This document shows, piece after piece, positions 1-10,798 of a stretch of 64,000 nucleotides of DNA. The DNA comes from Candidatus Cloacimonadales bacterium. Lineage in GTDB: Bacteria; Cloacimonadota; Cloacimonadia; Cloacimonadales; JAFGVF01. How positions within the stretch are numbered: position 1 is the stretch's first letter; each line of letters begins with the position of its first letter. The stretch spans positions 768,001 through 832,000 of the forward strand of contig CAXXOU010000001.1 of assembly GCA_963677495.2 (NCBI GenBank), read 5' to 3'. The notes beneath the pieces are model-generated. The model worked only from the letters and a program-made list of their open reading frames with translations, was not told where the DNA came from and ran no database searches. The position numbers and the translations under genes were made by a program.

Positions 1-35
1 GTATTATTAGTAAGTACTTCATATATTTAAAGAGA

Positions 36-59
36 GAAAGGGTGCTGATGCACCCTTTC
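36..59 (-). terminator. Probable intrinsic terminator of buk
   Basis: Perfect 10-bp stem gaaagggtgc/gcaccctttc just after the buk stop; T-rich run follows on the minus strand. Confidence 0.7.
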
Positions 60-87
60 AATAATATTGTTAAATGTCCTTAGACAA

Positions 88-1167
88 TTATTCTCCGTAA
101 ACTCCGGCTTTCTCATCACCTTTAAGTACACGAACTGCACCTTGGCTGAGAGCTTCCATCTCTTTTTCACCAGGGAAAAGATGGAAAGGAGCGATGAATC
201 CTGCTCTTTTCTTAATATTGTTAACTGTAAGCTCATTATAAACGAGTCCACCTGTTAAGAAAATAGCATCAACTTTACCTTCGAGAACAGCTGCACAAGC
301 ACCTATCTCTTTTGCAACCTGATAGCACATAGCATCGAATACAAGTTCAGCTTTCTTATCACCGTTTTTGATTCTCTCAGCTATTTCAATACCACTATCA
401 GTACCAAGGTAAGCCATTAAACCACCCTGTTTTGCAAGATAACCTGTGAGTTCTTTCTTAGTATAGTTACCTGAATAAGCCATATCAAGAAGGTCACCGA
501 TAGGAAGAGCACCGGCTCTTTGTGGAGAGAATGGACCCATACCGAGAAGAGCGTTATTTACATCAACTACTCTACCCTGTTTGATAGCAGCAACAGAAAC
601 TCCACCACCCATGTGAACACCAATCATGTTAACTTCATTGAAAGGTTTGCCCATATCTTCAGCAAGAAGTCTTACAATGTAACGAATGTTAAGTGCATGG
701 AATAGTGACTGTCTTTCAATCTCTGGAATACCAGAAATTCTAGCAATCTCATCAAACTCATCAACAACAACCGGGTCAACAATGAAAGATGGAAGGTCTA
801 ACTCTTTAGCAATAGAATCTGCAATATAAGCACCAAGGTTAGAAGCATGAACACGTCCCCAAGTAGTAGGGTCTTTAAGATGGTCGAGCATAAGCTGGTT
901 CACAGCATAAGTTCCACCTTTAAGTTTGTTCATAAGTCCACCACGGCCAACAACAGCAGCAAGGGTGTTAGGAGATACATTATTCTCTTCCATAGCTTCA
1001 AGAACAAGTTTCTTTCTATAATCATATTGCTCAATGATTCCACCAAACTTATCAAGTTCAACTGGATCATGGCGTAATGTTTTTGTAAACACAGGTGTTT
1101 TGTCGTCATAGACAGCGATTTTGGTTGATGTAGAACCGGGATTAATTGCTAATACTCGGTAGTTCAT
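88..1167 (-). CDS. buk: Butyrate kinase
   Basis: INPGSTSTK, VGRGG, HASNLG, FHALN and HMGGGVS motifs of the acetate/butyrate kinase family; 359 aa. Confidence 0.95.
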   Translation of the reverse strand: MNYRVLAINPGSTSTKIAVYDDKTPVFTKTLRHDPVELDKFGGIIEQYDYRKKLVLEAMEENNVSPNTLAAVVGRGGLMNKLKGGTYAVNQLMLDHLKDPTTWGRVHASNLGAYIADSIAKELDLPSFIVDPVVVDEFDEIARISGIPEIERQSLFHALNIRYIVRLLAEDMGKPFNEVNMIGVHMGGGVSVAAIKQGRVVDVNNALLGMGPFSPQRAGALPIGDLLDMAYSGNYTKKELTGYLAKQGGLMAYLGTDSGIEIAERIKNGDKKAELVFDAMCYQVAKEIGACAAVLEGKVDAIFLTGGLVYNELTVNNIKKRAGFIAPFHLFPGEKEMEALSQGAVRVLKGDEKAGVYGE

Positions 1168-1258
1168 TCAATTCCTCCATTCATATTTTTATTGATTTTA
1201 GCCAAATTAGAAAAGCACTATTGTAAGGTCAATAATTTTATAATACCTAACAGTATAT

Positions 1259-3586
1259 CTAAGGAGATATAATCGAAACTGTCACTTCGTTACCGGAGTA
1301 ATAACTCTTTGCTCTAAAGCTATCTTCATATTGTTTAATTGTTATAGCACCATCTGATCCTGTGATGTAAGTTTCTATTTCACAAGCACAGAGTTTGTTA
1401 AGTGTCTTATCTGAAAGAACAGAGTATCCTTTTTGGTTAACAGGAATAATTACCAAATGTGGTGCTACAGCATTTAGAAATTCATAGCATAGTGTGTTCT
1501 TAGCACCATGATGTCCTGCTTTCAAAACATCACTTCTTAAGTATTCTCTATATTTTTGGAGTACCTCGACTTCTCCCTCAATCTCTAAGTCTCCGGTAAA
1601 AAGCATTGATAAATCATTGAACTCAACTTTTGCAAGTAATGATTGATTATTAGCACTAAACTCTCTCGGATTATCCGCAGGATTTATAAGCGTTAGAGTC
1701 AAATCTCCCTCCCTAATACTTAAAGTATCTATTACAATAGTATGCTTCATATCCGTTAAAATTGATTCAACTTCTTGCCAGTGTTTATAGAGTCTTGATT
1801 TCGCAAAGTTATTACTAATAATGATTTCATCAACATCGCATTCAAGTAGAAGTGGAAGCAACCCACCGTAATGGTCATTATGTTGATGCGTAATTATCAA
1901 TCTGTTAATCCTACTTAGTCCTTCTGCTTTCAGATATGGTAAGACATGTCGCTCAAATGCAGAAGTTGAGTACCTGAAATCACCCAAGTCGATAAGAGTA
2001 ATGTCGTCATTATTTCTTATCAAATGACAATCTCCGTGACCTACAGCAAAAGAGATTATCTCAAACTTATCTCTAGTCCATATGTTAGAAAGAATAAAAG
2101 CAACAGTAAAACATATGAATAGTATAACTAAAACTACTTTCTTCTTAATGATGGGGACAAGTAGTATGATTAACCAATAAAGTGCTATAATTAGTGTTGG
2201 CACAATAATGAAATTAAGTTTAAAAGGAAACCTTCCTGCTAAATTTGAAACGTAAAGTAATAGTTCTTGCGCTATTTCTGAAACCGGCAACAGGAAATTA
2301 CTGATACCGGAGAAAGGAATAAGCAGTATTAGTAAGGTCACCGGAAGATAGAAACTAAAAACCAGTATTGCCGGTACGGAGCTCAGAATACCAACAATAG
2401 GTGCTTCGTGAAAGTAATATAGTATTATTGGTAGAAGGAAAATATTCACACAAATGGTCACAATCACCGGATTTAGCAGATGCTTTTTATACTTGTTCTC
2501 TTCATGTGGATTGATTAATCTCAGGCAAGGAGAAACCACCAAGATGGAATATACTGCGATAAAGCTTAATTGGAATCCGACATTAAATAGTTCTAATGGA
2601 TTTACGGCTAAAATAACTAAAGCTGCTGTTGAAAGTAGCTGTAAAATTCCAATATCACGCTCAAGAAGTTTAGCGATGGAAACTACTAATATCATTATTA
2701 CTGCTCTAGTGACTGATGGTGAGTTATAGCATAGCATCCAGAACCCTAGAATCACAATGTTAGCTAAGAGGATTGTTAATCGTTTGGGTAGAACCAATCT
2801 TAATAACGTGAATATAAACAGATAGATTATTCCAACATGAAGTCCACTAATGGCTAGCAGGTGCATGATCCCCGCTTGCTTGAATAGATCTTTTGTTTCA
2901 AATAGCTCTGATCTTTCTCCTAACAAAATAGCTTTTACAAATCCATGGGTTCCCTGAAACTTAACATTGATAACTCTTAAGACTCTTCTTCGGAGTATAT
3001 TGATATAAATCGGTATTGAGAACTTAGTACTATTTACTATTGTCTTTCCAATGAAAGATCCTTTACCGTGAATACCTTTATTCCTCATGTATTCGGCATA
3101 ATCAAATTGTCCTGGATTCATACTTGTTTCATAGAGCTCCAATTCAATTTTTGAAGTAAACAGATCACCAATACTCAGTATATCATCTCTCGAATACAGC
3201 TTTAGTTTTACTGAAAAAGGAAATATATTTGTTGAGTTGGTTTGCACTTCATACTCATTGTTTCCCAGTACATTTGTCTTTTTGTTAGTAACATACCCCT
3301 CAATATATTCAACATTTTTTTTAGTAAACATGAGATAGTCTTCTAGTGGGTTTGAAACTCTTTGTATCTGTATATCATAAGACAAAGAACCTGAAGCCAT
3401 GATGAGGAGTAAAAGGGGAATAAGCCTGTTTTTAGTCAGTATTGTTATTATCAATAGAGGAACTGCTATCCCTAAAATGTATGGAACTCCTACATAGGCT
3501 TGAATAACTATTCCAAGACCAAAACCCAAAGTAGGGATAAAGAGTGGTGCAGGGAGTTTTTTCATCCCTGATTTGCTTCCTATCAT
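1259..3586 (-). CDS. comEC: DNA uptake competence protein ComEC/Rec2
   Basis: NPGQFDY, HLLAISGLHVG and GFQLSF competence-domain motifs; C-terminal metallo-beta-lactamase domain (THQHNDHYGG, TGD, GHHG); start may be 3565. Confidence 0.93.
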   Translation of the reverse strand: MIGSKSGMKKLPAPLFIPTLGFGLGIVIQAYVGVPYILGIAVPLLIITILTKNRLIPLLLLIMASGSLSYDIQIQRVSNPLEDYLMFTKKNVEYIEGYVTNKKTNVLGNNEYEVQTNSTNIFPFSVKLKLYSRDDILSIGDLFTSKIELELYETSMNPGQFDYAEYMRNKGIHGKGSFIGKTIVNSTKFSIPIYINILRRRVLRVINVKFQGTHGFVKAILLGERSELFETKDLFKQAGIMHLLAISGLHVGIIYLFIFTLLRLVLPKRLTILLANIVILGFWMLCYNSPSVTRAVIMILVVSIAKLLERDIGILQLLSTAALVILAVNPLELFNVGFQLSFIAVYSILVVSPCLRLINPHEENKYKKHLLNPVIVTICVNIFLLPIILYYFHEAPIVGILSSVPAILVFSFYLPVTLLILLIPFSGISNFLLPVSEIAQELLLYVSNLAGRFPFKLNFIIVPTLIIALYWLIILLVPIIKKKVVLVILFICFTVAFILSNIWTRDKFEIISFAVGHGDCHLIRNNDDITLIDLGDFRYSTSAFERHVLPYLKAEGLSRINRLIITHQHNDHYGGLLPLLLECDVDEIIISNNFAKSRLYKHWQEVESILTDMKHTIVIDTLSIREGDLTLTLINPADNPREFSANNQSLLAKVEFNDLSMLFTGDLEIEGEVEVLQKYREYLRSDVLKAGHHGAKNTLCYEFLNAVAPHLVIIPVNQKGYSVLSDKTLNKLCACEIETYITGSDGAITIKQYEDSFRAKSYYSGNEVTVSIISP

Positions 3587-3832
3587 TGTGAATACCTTAT
3601 TAACTGATATATATAACTATATCAATCTGAGTCAAGAATTTAATTATTCTTCAAGTAAAGCCGGAACGGTTTGAATAACTAGCTGATTAGCATTCAGCTC
3701 GGAAATCTTAACATATTGTAACATCTGAAATTAGATTGCTTAGTGAAATAAAAAGTAGTTGCCAAAATAGCTACTAAATGAAAATATTGATATTCATAAG
3801 AAATGGATTAGTATTTCTTTCAAGGAGGAATT

Positions 3833-5818
3833 ATGATTAAAAAGAATTGGCTTTCTATAATTATATTGATTCTTGCTCTAGTTATCGCTGCTTGTGCAGA
3901 CGATGATAATAATGTTACAGAGCCGGTACAAGGAGATTTCTCGCAACTCGATGTTGCTGATGATTTCTCATTCAATACGATTAATAATGTTGAGTTTGAC
4001 ATTATGGTAAATCAGGGATTACCAAACATTGTCATCGAAATTTATAATGATTTCCCTGCTGACGGTGGCAAAGTTCTTTACAGAGGTGCTACTGATGCTG
4101 AAGGAATTTTTAGTGCAATCGTGCCACTTCCAAACTATCTTGATAAAGTTGTTGTTTCAGGCTTCATGTCAGAAACAGAAGTTGCAATTATCAATAGTAA
4201 AGTTGAGCTTACTTTAGGAACTACTGAAAGAACAACTCCAATTGGTAAGGCAGTACAACCACCTAAGACAGAAATGGCTTATGTTTTACCATACGATGCT
4301 GATGGAACTCCTATCGGTATGACAAGAGACACAATCCCTGCTGGTTTTATGGCTAAAATTAATGCAACTTTACCAGAAAGACAGTCTCTATTTGATTATC
4401 ATCCTGACTACCTTACACCAAGCGTTGAGCTTAATGCTGTAATTATCAATCAGGAAACTGATATTTGGATTACTTTTGTACATGAAGGTGCAGGATACAA
4501 GAATACACTTGCTTACTACTCATACCCAATCGGTAGTGCTCCTGCTACTTCTGCAGATATCGATACTTTAAAAGTTATCTTCCCTAATGCTTCTTATCAA
4601 GGAAGTGGTGGTGGACTGGTAACCGGTGATAGAGTATATCTCGGACATTTCCAACCAAACACTGTTATCAGTTGGGTACTTATTGCTAATGGTTGGCATA
4701 ATGGTCAAGTTCATGAAAGAACTGATACATGGTATTCAAACTACCATTTCAACCACAATAACCGTCAACAAAACATCCAGGTTTGGGATGAAGAATATGA
4801 CAAACTACTCTTCGCTTTTGAAGATATCGAAGTTCCATTGGGTGATAATGACTATAATGACACTATCTTCTATCTGACAGGTAATCCATTAGGTACAATT
4901 GATACATCTAATGTACCACCAATTGATATTATTGATGATGATGATGGTGACGGTATCTCCAATATCTTTGATGATTTCCCTCAGGATCCTGAGAGAGCAT
5001 TTGAAACAAATGACCATACATTCTCTACACTTGCGTATGAAGATTTATGGCCTGATACTGGTGACTATGACTTCAATGATATGGTTCTAGATTATAACTT
5101 CTTCTACCATACAGCTCCGGGCAACATTATCAGACATATTGTTGCAGAGTTCAAGCTTAAAGCTGTTGGTGCTAGTTTCAATAATGGTTTTGCTGTGCAG
5201 TTGCCATTTAACTCTGATCTGATTGAGAGTATCACAGTTGTTGATGGTTCAGATCCGTTAACATACTCGACTATTATCTCTCATCCGGCATTTAGTCCAT
5301 ATGTTGAAGGTGGTAATGAAGGTGTAATAGTTTTCTTTGAAGATACTAATACTCTTATCAACCAACCGACAGGACATTTCGTTAATACTGAATCAGGTCA
5401 GCCATATATCCAGCCAACTGAGATTGCTCTTGATATCAAGCTTGTAACTCAGGACTTCCTTGCTGAGAACTGGCAGTGGCAACCTCCATACAACCCATTC
5501 ATCTTCGTTAATGGTGTGAGAGGACATGAAGTTCATTTAGCTGATTATCCTCCAACATCCCTTGTAGATAACAGTCTTTTCAATATCGGTGATGATGATA
5601 GTAGTTATACTATCGACAGATTCTATCGTACATCCAACAATCTCCCATGGGCATTAAATATTGCCACTGAGTGGGATCATATGTATGAGAAAACTGATAT
5701 TACTAAAGGTTACCTCAACTTCAAAGCTTGGGCGGAAAGCTACGGAACTGTACATCAGGACTGGTATGAAGACCTACCGGGTAACAGGAATTGGGAAAAG
5801 ATTTACATTAGACCATAG
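3833..5818 (+). CDS. LruC-domain (DUF4842-type) lipoprotein
   Basis: Lipobox VIAAC; FVHEGAGYKN, FED..DNDYND and AYEDLWP..GDYDFND motifs; Ca-binding-like DDDGDGI..DDFP repeat; RBS aggagg. Confidence 0.8.
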   Translation: MIKKNWLSIIILILALVIAACADDDNNVTEPVQGDFSQLDVADDFSFNTINNVEFDIMVNQGLPNIVIEIYNDFPADGGKVLYRGATDAEGIFSAIVPLPNYLDKVVVSGFMSETEVAIINSKVELTLGTTERTTPIGKAVQPPKTEMAYVLPYDADGTPIGMTRDTIPAGFMAKINATLPERQSLFDYHPDYLTPSVELNAVIINQETDIWITFVHEGAGYKNTLAYYSYPIGSAPATSADIDTLKVIFPNASYQGSGGGLVTGDRVYLGHFQPNTVISWVLIANGWHNGQVHERTDTWYSNYHFNHNNRQQNIQVWDEEYDKLLFAFEDIEVPLGDNDYNDTIFYLTGNPLGTIDTSNVPPIDIIDDDDGDGISNIFDDFPQDPERAFETNDHTFSTLAYEDLWPDTGDYDFNDMVLDYNFFYHTAPGNIIRHIVAEFKLKAVGASFNNGFAVQLPFNSDLIESITVVDGSDPLTYSTIISHPAFSPYVEGGNEGVIVFFEDTNTLINQPTGHFVNTESGQPYIQPTEIALDIKLVTQDFLAENWQWQPPYNPFIFVNGVRGHEVHLADYPPTSLVDNSLFNIGDDDSSYTIDRFYRTSNNLPWALNIATEWDHMYEKTDITKGYLNFKAWAESYGTVHQDWYEDLPGNRNWEKIYIRP

Positions 5819-5837
5819 AAAGCAAAAATAAATAATT

Positions 5838-5867
5838 AAGGCTGTTGGATTTCCAGCAGCCTTTTTT
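5838..5867 (+). terminator. Intrinsic terminator
   Basis: aaggctgttgg/ccagcagcctt stem followed by a T run. Confidence 0.75.
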
Positions 5868-5957
5868 CGTTTCTTCCTGGATTTGAAAATAGGTTTTGAC
5901 AAATCAAATACATATAAAAACAATCGTGGAATGTGAGATTTGATTAAGTGAGGATAG

Positions 5958-6632
5958 ATGAAAAAAGCAATAATGCCTTTGATATTGGCTGTACTGATTC
6001 TAGCCGGTTGTGCAGAAAGAATCGAGAAGATAGATTACTCTCTACTTGAAGATGAAATCTTTTTCCAGTTAGACGAGATTTATAAGAATCCCGACTTAGA
6101 GAAGGATATCCCAGATAACAACTTCGATATATTACTTACAAAGAAGAGGACTGATATCTTCTCAAAGAGATATGAAGTACTACAAAAGCAAAAGAACAAT
6201 GTTGGTGTATTCTATGAGGAATATTATTACAACAAGAACTACACTCTGTTTGGTAAGAACTATCCAATGCATAGCTATGAGCTCAAAGCTTTTGTGCGTT
6301 TAAGAGAATCAGAACTGGGATTAGCCTTTTATGATAATGTAATCGAAGCTGAAGTTGTGGAAGAGACATCCAAAGACGAGGAAACCGGATATGCTGAATA
6401 TAGACTCGAAACTGATGATGATTTCGTACTCTATATGACAACAGATGATAACACTGTCTTCAAAGATGATTCTAACTATTTTTATGCCGGACATATATAT
6501 TTTGGCGGTATCCCTGATCCTTTGGGTCTTAAAGTCAAAGTTCATTACGATGAGGAAACTTTTTATGAAGAGGATAATGAGAAGATTATAAAAGCCCTAC
6601 TAATCGAGCAACTTTCCGGTCGTCAAGAGTAA
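5958..6632 (+). CDS. Hypothetical lipoprotein
   Basis: MKK + hydrophobic stretch + ILAGC lipobox; RBS gagga; no recognised domain. Confidence 0.75.
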   Translation: MKKAIMPLILAVLILAGCAERIEKIDYSLLEDEIFFQLDEIYKNPDLEKDIPDNNFDILLTKKRTDIFSKRYEVLQKQKNNVGVFYEEYYYNKNYTLFGKNYPMHSYELKAFVRLRESELGLAFYDNVIEAEVVEETSKDEETGYAEYRLETDDDFVLYMTTDDNTVFKDDSNYFYAGHIYFGGIPDPLGLKVKVHYDEETFYEEDNEKIIKALLIEQLSGRQE

Positions 6633-6681
6633 GGAGTCAGCTAAAGAAGGGCTTTAAACGAAGTAGGATTCCTCCCACCAA

Positions 6682-6860
6682 AGGTTTTTAAATTACGAAT
6701 TACTAATTATGAATTACTAATTTATGCCCCAGCATTTAGCATTCAGCATTTGTAATCTTGCATTCAGCATTCAGCATTCAGCATTTGTAATCTTGCATCT
6801 TGCATCTTTCATTTTGCATTTAACTATAGGCTATAGGCTATAAGCTATTAACTAAAAAAC
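6682..6860. repeat. Tripartite heptamer tandem-repeat block (copy downstream of the 153-aa gene)
   Basis: Successive 7-nt units aattacg/aattact, then agcattc/tcttgca, then ctatagg; same sub-block order as 7448-7675. Confidence 0.9.
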
Positions 6861-6892
6861 CCCCGCTCCTCGCAAGAGGAACGGGGTTTTTG
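6855..6892. terminator. Bidirectional intrinsic terminator
   Basis: aaaaaccccg..tcctc gcaa gagga..cggggttttt hairpin with A and T runs, right after the stop of 6894..7355. Confidence 0.75.
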
Positions 6893-6893
6893 T

Positions 6894-7355
6894 CTAGCTA
6901 CCGTTGTAACTGTTTGTCAGATCATCATACTTACTGATCTTAGGCAGGAAACCATTATCAATGGCATCCTTAACTGTCTGAATCCCGATATCCAAAAGCT
7001 GGATATCAGCAAAGGTAACAGTCTTCAGGTCAATAGTAGGATCATCTTTGTTCACGTTCCACCACATTTTGCTGTAGAGGGCGTAGAATCCAGGATGACG
7101 TTTCTTCTTTCCGAGAACTTCATTTCCATAGCGACGTGTGTAAGTCTTGAGATTGTCAATCCAACCTGAATCGAAACTGTCATAAACAGCTCCCAGGTTT
7201 TCAGCGACAGATCCCATAGTTGCGTTTTGTGTTGTGGCAGCAGGGACAACATAATCTCTACTGAAGCAGATGTAACCTTCATTGAAGGCGGAGTAAACCA
7301 ATTCATCCATCGTTCCTGAGAATGATCTGAATGGCTTCATCATGTTAACTCTCAT
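6894..7355 (-). CDS. Hypothetical protein, paralogue of 13894..14349
   Basis: RBS aaggag; shares SG..D.LV, RDYVVPA.T.QN..MG, P.IDL.T.T and AI.N..LP....YD.L with the 151-aa ORF. Confidence 0.88.
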   Translation of the reverse strand: MRVNMMKPFRSFSGTMDELVYSAFNEGYICFSRDYVVPAATTQNATMGSVAENLGAVYDSFDSGWIDNLKTYTRRYGNEVLGKKKRHPGFYALYSKMWWNVNKDDPTIDLKTVTFADIQLLDIGIQTVKDAIDNGFLPKISKYDDLTNSYNGS

Positions 7356-7447
7356 TGTGATCTCCTTTTCCTACTTCGCATAAAGCTTCGTAGGACACGT
7401 CCTACCAACGGACGACTTTGTTGTTTTTATTTCCCTAACGCGCGATG

Positions 7448-7675
7448 AGGTTTTAAATTATGAATTAGAAATTAGTAATTAGTAATAAGTATTAAGTAAT
7501 AAATGCTTCAGCATTTAGCATTTTGCATCTTGAATCTTGCATTTGTAATTAAGCATTGAGCATTCAGCATTTTTCATTTAGCATCTTGAATCTTGCATTT
7601 GTAATCTTGAATCTTGCATTTGTAATTTTGCATTTAACTATAGGCTTTAGGCTCTTAGCTATAGGCTAAAAAAAC
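7448..7675. repeat. Tripartite heptamer tandem-repeat block (copy upstream of the 153-aa gene)
   Basis: Units aattagt, agcattt/tcttgaa/tcttgca and ctatagg; exact 22-mer attttgcatttaactataggct shared between 6811-6832 and 7625-7646. Confidence 0.9.
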
Positions 7676-7680
7676 TTCCC

Positions 7681-7703
7681 TCTATTATACGTAGCTTACG
7701 GTT
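7681..7703 (-). promoter_or_regulatory. Conserved 23-bp motif aaccgtaagctacgtataataga (copy 1)
   Basis: Exact reverse complement of 13190-13212; contains TATAAT and the palindrome CGTA-N3-TACG; points toward 6894..7355. Confidence 0.75.
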
Positions 7704-7803
7704 CTTGGATTTCTGCTCATATTTAGTGTTTTTTAATGCAAAATACCAGTTTTTATATTGACACCTATACATGATTTCCACTTAGGTTATTGTAAGGTAC
7801 ATT

Positions 7804-9093
7804 ATGAAATTCAAGATCACCGATTATATTAACGACTATGGTAAAGTTATGGATTTTAACAAAAATAAGTCCGTATATATGCACCAATGGTATCCTTTTG
7901 TTGAAGGGTATTCAGAGCAGTTCATCAATTCTATATTAGATGAACAGGAGAGTATACCAAAAGTTTGTTTGGATCCATTCAGTGGTAGTGGGACAACATC
8001 ATTAGAGCTTCAAAGACGAAAGATAAAATGTTACTCCTTTGAGGTTAATCCATTTTTACATCTTTTATCAAAAGTGAAGTTAGAAACAAGATATTGTTAT
8101 ACCGAATTCTCAGAAATTGTGAGTAAGTTAACTGATGAACTATCCATTGCTATTAACTCCGATATTGATTTTCCTCTAAAGTCTAAGAAATTCATTGTGA
8201 ACGATGGAGTATGTAAAAAATGGAATTACAGTAAAGAGGTTTACTCTATATTACTTATAATTAAAAATACAATAGATAAAATAGAAGATAAAAAATATAG
8301 AGAATTGTTAACCATCAGTTTAGCGTCAATTGTACTACCTGTTAGTAACTTATATAGAAACGGTAAATGCTTATCGTATAAAAAGAATTGGGAAGAAAAA
8401 TCATTAACAAGACAAGAAGTCTTGGACATGTTCTTATCAAACATCAAAGAAAAGATATTACCCGATGTATTAAAACTAAATCGATATGATGATACTGAAT
8501 TGTTTTCCAATAGAAGCAATTGCTTTTTTGGGGATGTTAGAATTAAACTTGATGACAAAGTAGATGACAATTCTATTGACCTTGTTATTACATCTCCTCC
8601 ATATCTAAACTCAAGAGATTATACTGATATTTATATGTTAGAATTATGGGTTTTAGGCTTTGTAAACTCATACGAAGATGTTAGAAGTTTACGCAAATCA
8701 ACACTAAGATCTCATGTTCAAGTAAAATGGCAAGACACAATTGCTCCTCAAAACAAAAAATTGCATACAGTATTAAAAGAATTAGAAACTTATAGTAGTA
8801 GTTTTTGGAATAACAGCATACCGGATATGATAAGTGGATATTTTGATGATATCAGGCATTTATTCTCTATATTATATAGAAAATTGAAACCTGATGGAAA
8901 GATATACTTTAATGTAGCAAATTCAGCTTATTATGGTATTGTGATTAAAGTTGATGAGATATGTGCAGAACTTGCAGAACAAGAAGGTTTTACATGTACA
9001 GAGATTAGAACTGCACGCTGGTTGAAGACAAGTGGACAACAAAAAGATGTTGTGGAACGACTTCGTGAGAGTGTTGTTGTACTTACTAAATAA
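7804..9093 (+). CDS. DNA amino-methyltransferase, probably N4-cytosine, alpha-type motif order
   Basis: Motif I LDPFSGSGTT near the N-terminus and catalytic VITSPPY downstream. Confidence 0.9.
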   Translation: MKFKITDYINDYGKVMDFNKNKSVYMHQWYPFVEGYSEQFINSILDEQESIPKVCLDPFSGSGTTSLELQRRKIKCYSFEVNPFLHLLSKVKLETRYCYTEFSEIVSKLTDELSIAINSDIDFPLKSKKFIVNDGVCKKWNYSKEVYSILLIIKNTIDKIEDKKYRELLTISLASIVLPVSNLYRNGKCLSYKKNWEEKSLTRQEVLDMFLSNIKEKILPDVLKLNRYDDTELFSNRSNCFFGDVRIKLDDKVDDNSIDLVITSPPYLNSRDYTDIYMLELWVLGFVNSYEDVRSLRKSTLRSHVQVKWQDTIAPQNKKLHTVLKELETYSSSFWNNSIPDMISGYFDDIRHLFSILYRKLKPDGKIYFNVANSAYYGIVIKVDEICAELAEQEGFTCTEIRTARWLKTSGQQKDVVERLRESVVVLTK

Positions 9094-9095
9094 TA

Positions 9096-10145
9096 TTACT
9101 CATCTACATTAAACATTCTACATCCAGAAAAAAAGTTAGTGTTAATGTGTTCATAATCTTTATTAATGATTAAATCATTTATCTTATTCTCAATTGCCTT
9201 GGATTCATCCTCTTTTTCAATTCTTGCATCGAACACTATCAAATAACCACAGCCATCTTTTTTATCGAGGATTTTTATACCCATTGATAAGTATCTGAAT
9301 ATTTGTTCTAAACCATCCTCTACTTTGTCTATTTTGTATGTATAAACTCCTTTTGTATTAGGGTCCCCACATGATTTTCCCATCCATTTAATTTCTATTA
9401 ATGCAAATCTAGATGAGTCCTCAAGTAAGATATCATACCTTGTTTTATCTATAAGTTCTCCCTCTTTTCCTACTTGCATACAACTCTCACGATGAATGAA
9501 TTCTTTCAAGCTTCTTTGAAATAAATACTCAGGTGCTGACCTGAGAAGATTTTTTATCTTTTTATTGGACTCCTTCTTTTCCCGGGTTGTCTGAAAGAAA
9601 AAAAGAGATATTTCCTTTCTATCTAAAGATTTTTGGTATTCATCAAACAATTGGTCAATCTGATCCATAGAATACCGTTTAGTATAAGAATGATACAAAG
9701 AAGGATTATCAAAAATACTTGTTGACACAATCGAAACACCTTCGTAGTATACATTGAATGAATGAGAAGTTTGATCGTTTCTTTCATGGAAGAGAACATA
9801 GCAATTTGAAGCGTCAGTACTTAAACCTTGTATGTTAGAACATGTGCATTGTAAATTCGTTTGATGAATGATGTTTAATGAATTATCTAAGCTTAGACAA
9901 TTAAAGTGAAAAGACTGCTTTATAATCCTAGCAAACTTGACTTGACTGTTATCTAGAATAAAACCATTTTTCTTTATGCTAGAAAGATTTATAACTAATA
10001 AAAATATCCTTTTATCGTCACGCATCCCATCCAATGGCATCAATATCTGATAAAACAAAAGTTGATAGTCTTCTGCAAGTTCTTTATTCAAATTACATAA
10101 TTTTTTGTCTCGAAGACTTCCGAATAAACTTTTATCTATTTTCAC
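9096..10145 (-). CDS. Putative PD-(D/E)xK nuclease effector
   Basis: C-terminal RYDILL..ALIEIKW plus QIFRY (QxxxY) pattern; overlaps the stop of the upstream gene. Confidence 0.65.
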   Translation of the reverse strand: MKIDKSLFGSLRDKKLCNLNKELAEDYQLLFYQILMPLDGMRDDKRIFLLVINLSSIKKNGFILDNSQVKFARIIKQSFHFNCLSLDNSLNIIHQTNLQCTCSNIQGLSTDASNCYVLFHERNDQTSHSFNVYYEGVSIVSTSIFDNPSLYHSYTKRYSMDQIDQLFDEYQKSLDRKEISLFFFQTTREKKESNKKIKNLLRSAPEYLFQRSLKEFIHRESCMQVGKEGELIDKTRYDILLEDSSRFALIEIKWMGKSCGDPNTKGVYTYKIDKVEDGLEQIFRYLSMGIKILDKKDGCGYLIVFDARIEKEDESKAIENKINDLIINKDYEHINTNFFSGCRMFNVDE

Positions 10146-10798
10146 TCATCCCCCAAAACAATAGTTTCAAAAATATATCCGAAATAACCAATTAAATAGT
10201 CTTTCATGGTAGTTTCACTACCTACATCACTGGGAAACTGATTATCATACTCTTTCTTAAATTCACCCATGAATTTGATTGTAGCATTATGTGGATTCTG
10301 TGTATCTAAGTTCGACACATTTGAAGACAGTTTTTCTTTGAACTCTTCATCCCTATATATAAACCTAAACAATTTAGTATACCCATAAATACTTTGAAGT
10401 GTTACAGACAAATCTATCCACTCAATTATACTTGTTAACAATGGATCTTTGAGTAGTTTCGACTCAACAACTGAAACTCCTTCATGTGTTAGAATTGGTT
10501 TTTCAACATCATCAATATATCCATTTAGAAGCAATCTATCTAAAGCTTCATTGATTAGATTGCATTGAGGGCCCGTTGAATAAGTAACAAATTCATAAAG
10601 TTTAATTAAGTTAACAAACTCTGGATCATCTAGTGATTTACTATAGAAATGTGATAGTATAATCAACTGATACATGGACCAGTTAATATATTTCTTATTA
10701 ATTTCAATCCAACCAAGTTTCTTTGTATAATACAAAAGAATCAATAAATGTAATGCTGATACAGTTTCTTTGCTTTGTGTCTCGTTTTTATTGTTCAT
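10142..10798 (-). CDS. Hypothetical protein, winged-helix-like middle component
   Basis: Coupled to both neighbours; RBS ggag before the ATG at 10798 (ORF track start 10831); Y..GP....I.EALD.L...GYI pattern typical of wHTH proteins. Confidence 0.7.
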   Translation of the reverse strand: MNNKNETQSKETVSALHLLILLYYTKKLGWIEINKKYINWSMYQLIILSHFYSKSLDDPEFVNLIKLYEFVTYSTGPQCNLINEALDRLLLNGYIDDVEKPILTHEGVSVVESKLLKDPLLTSIIEWIDLSVTLQSIYGYTKLFRFIYRDEEFKEKLSSNVSNLDTQNPHNATIKFMGEFKKEYDNQFPSDVGSETTMKDYLIGYFGYIFETIVLGDE

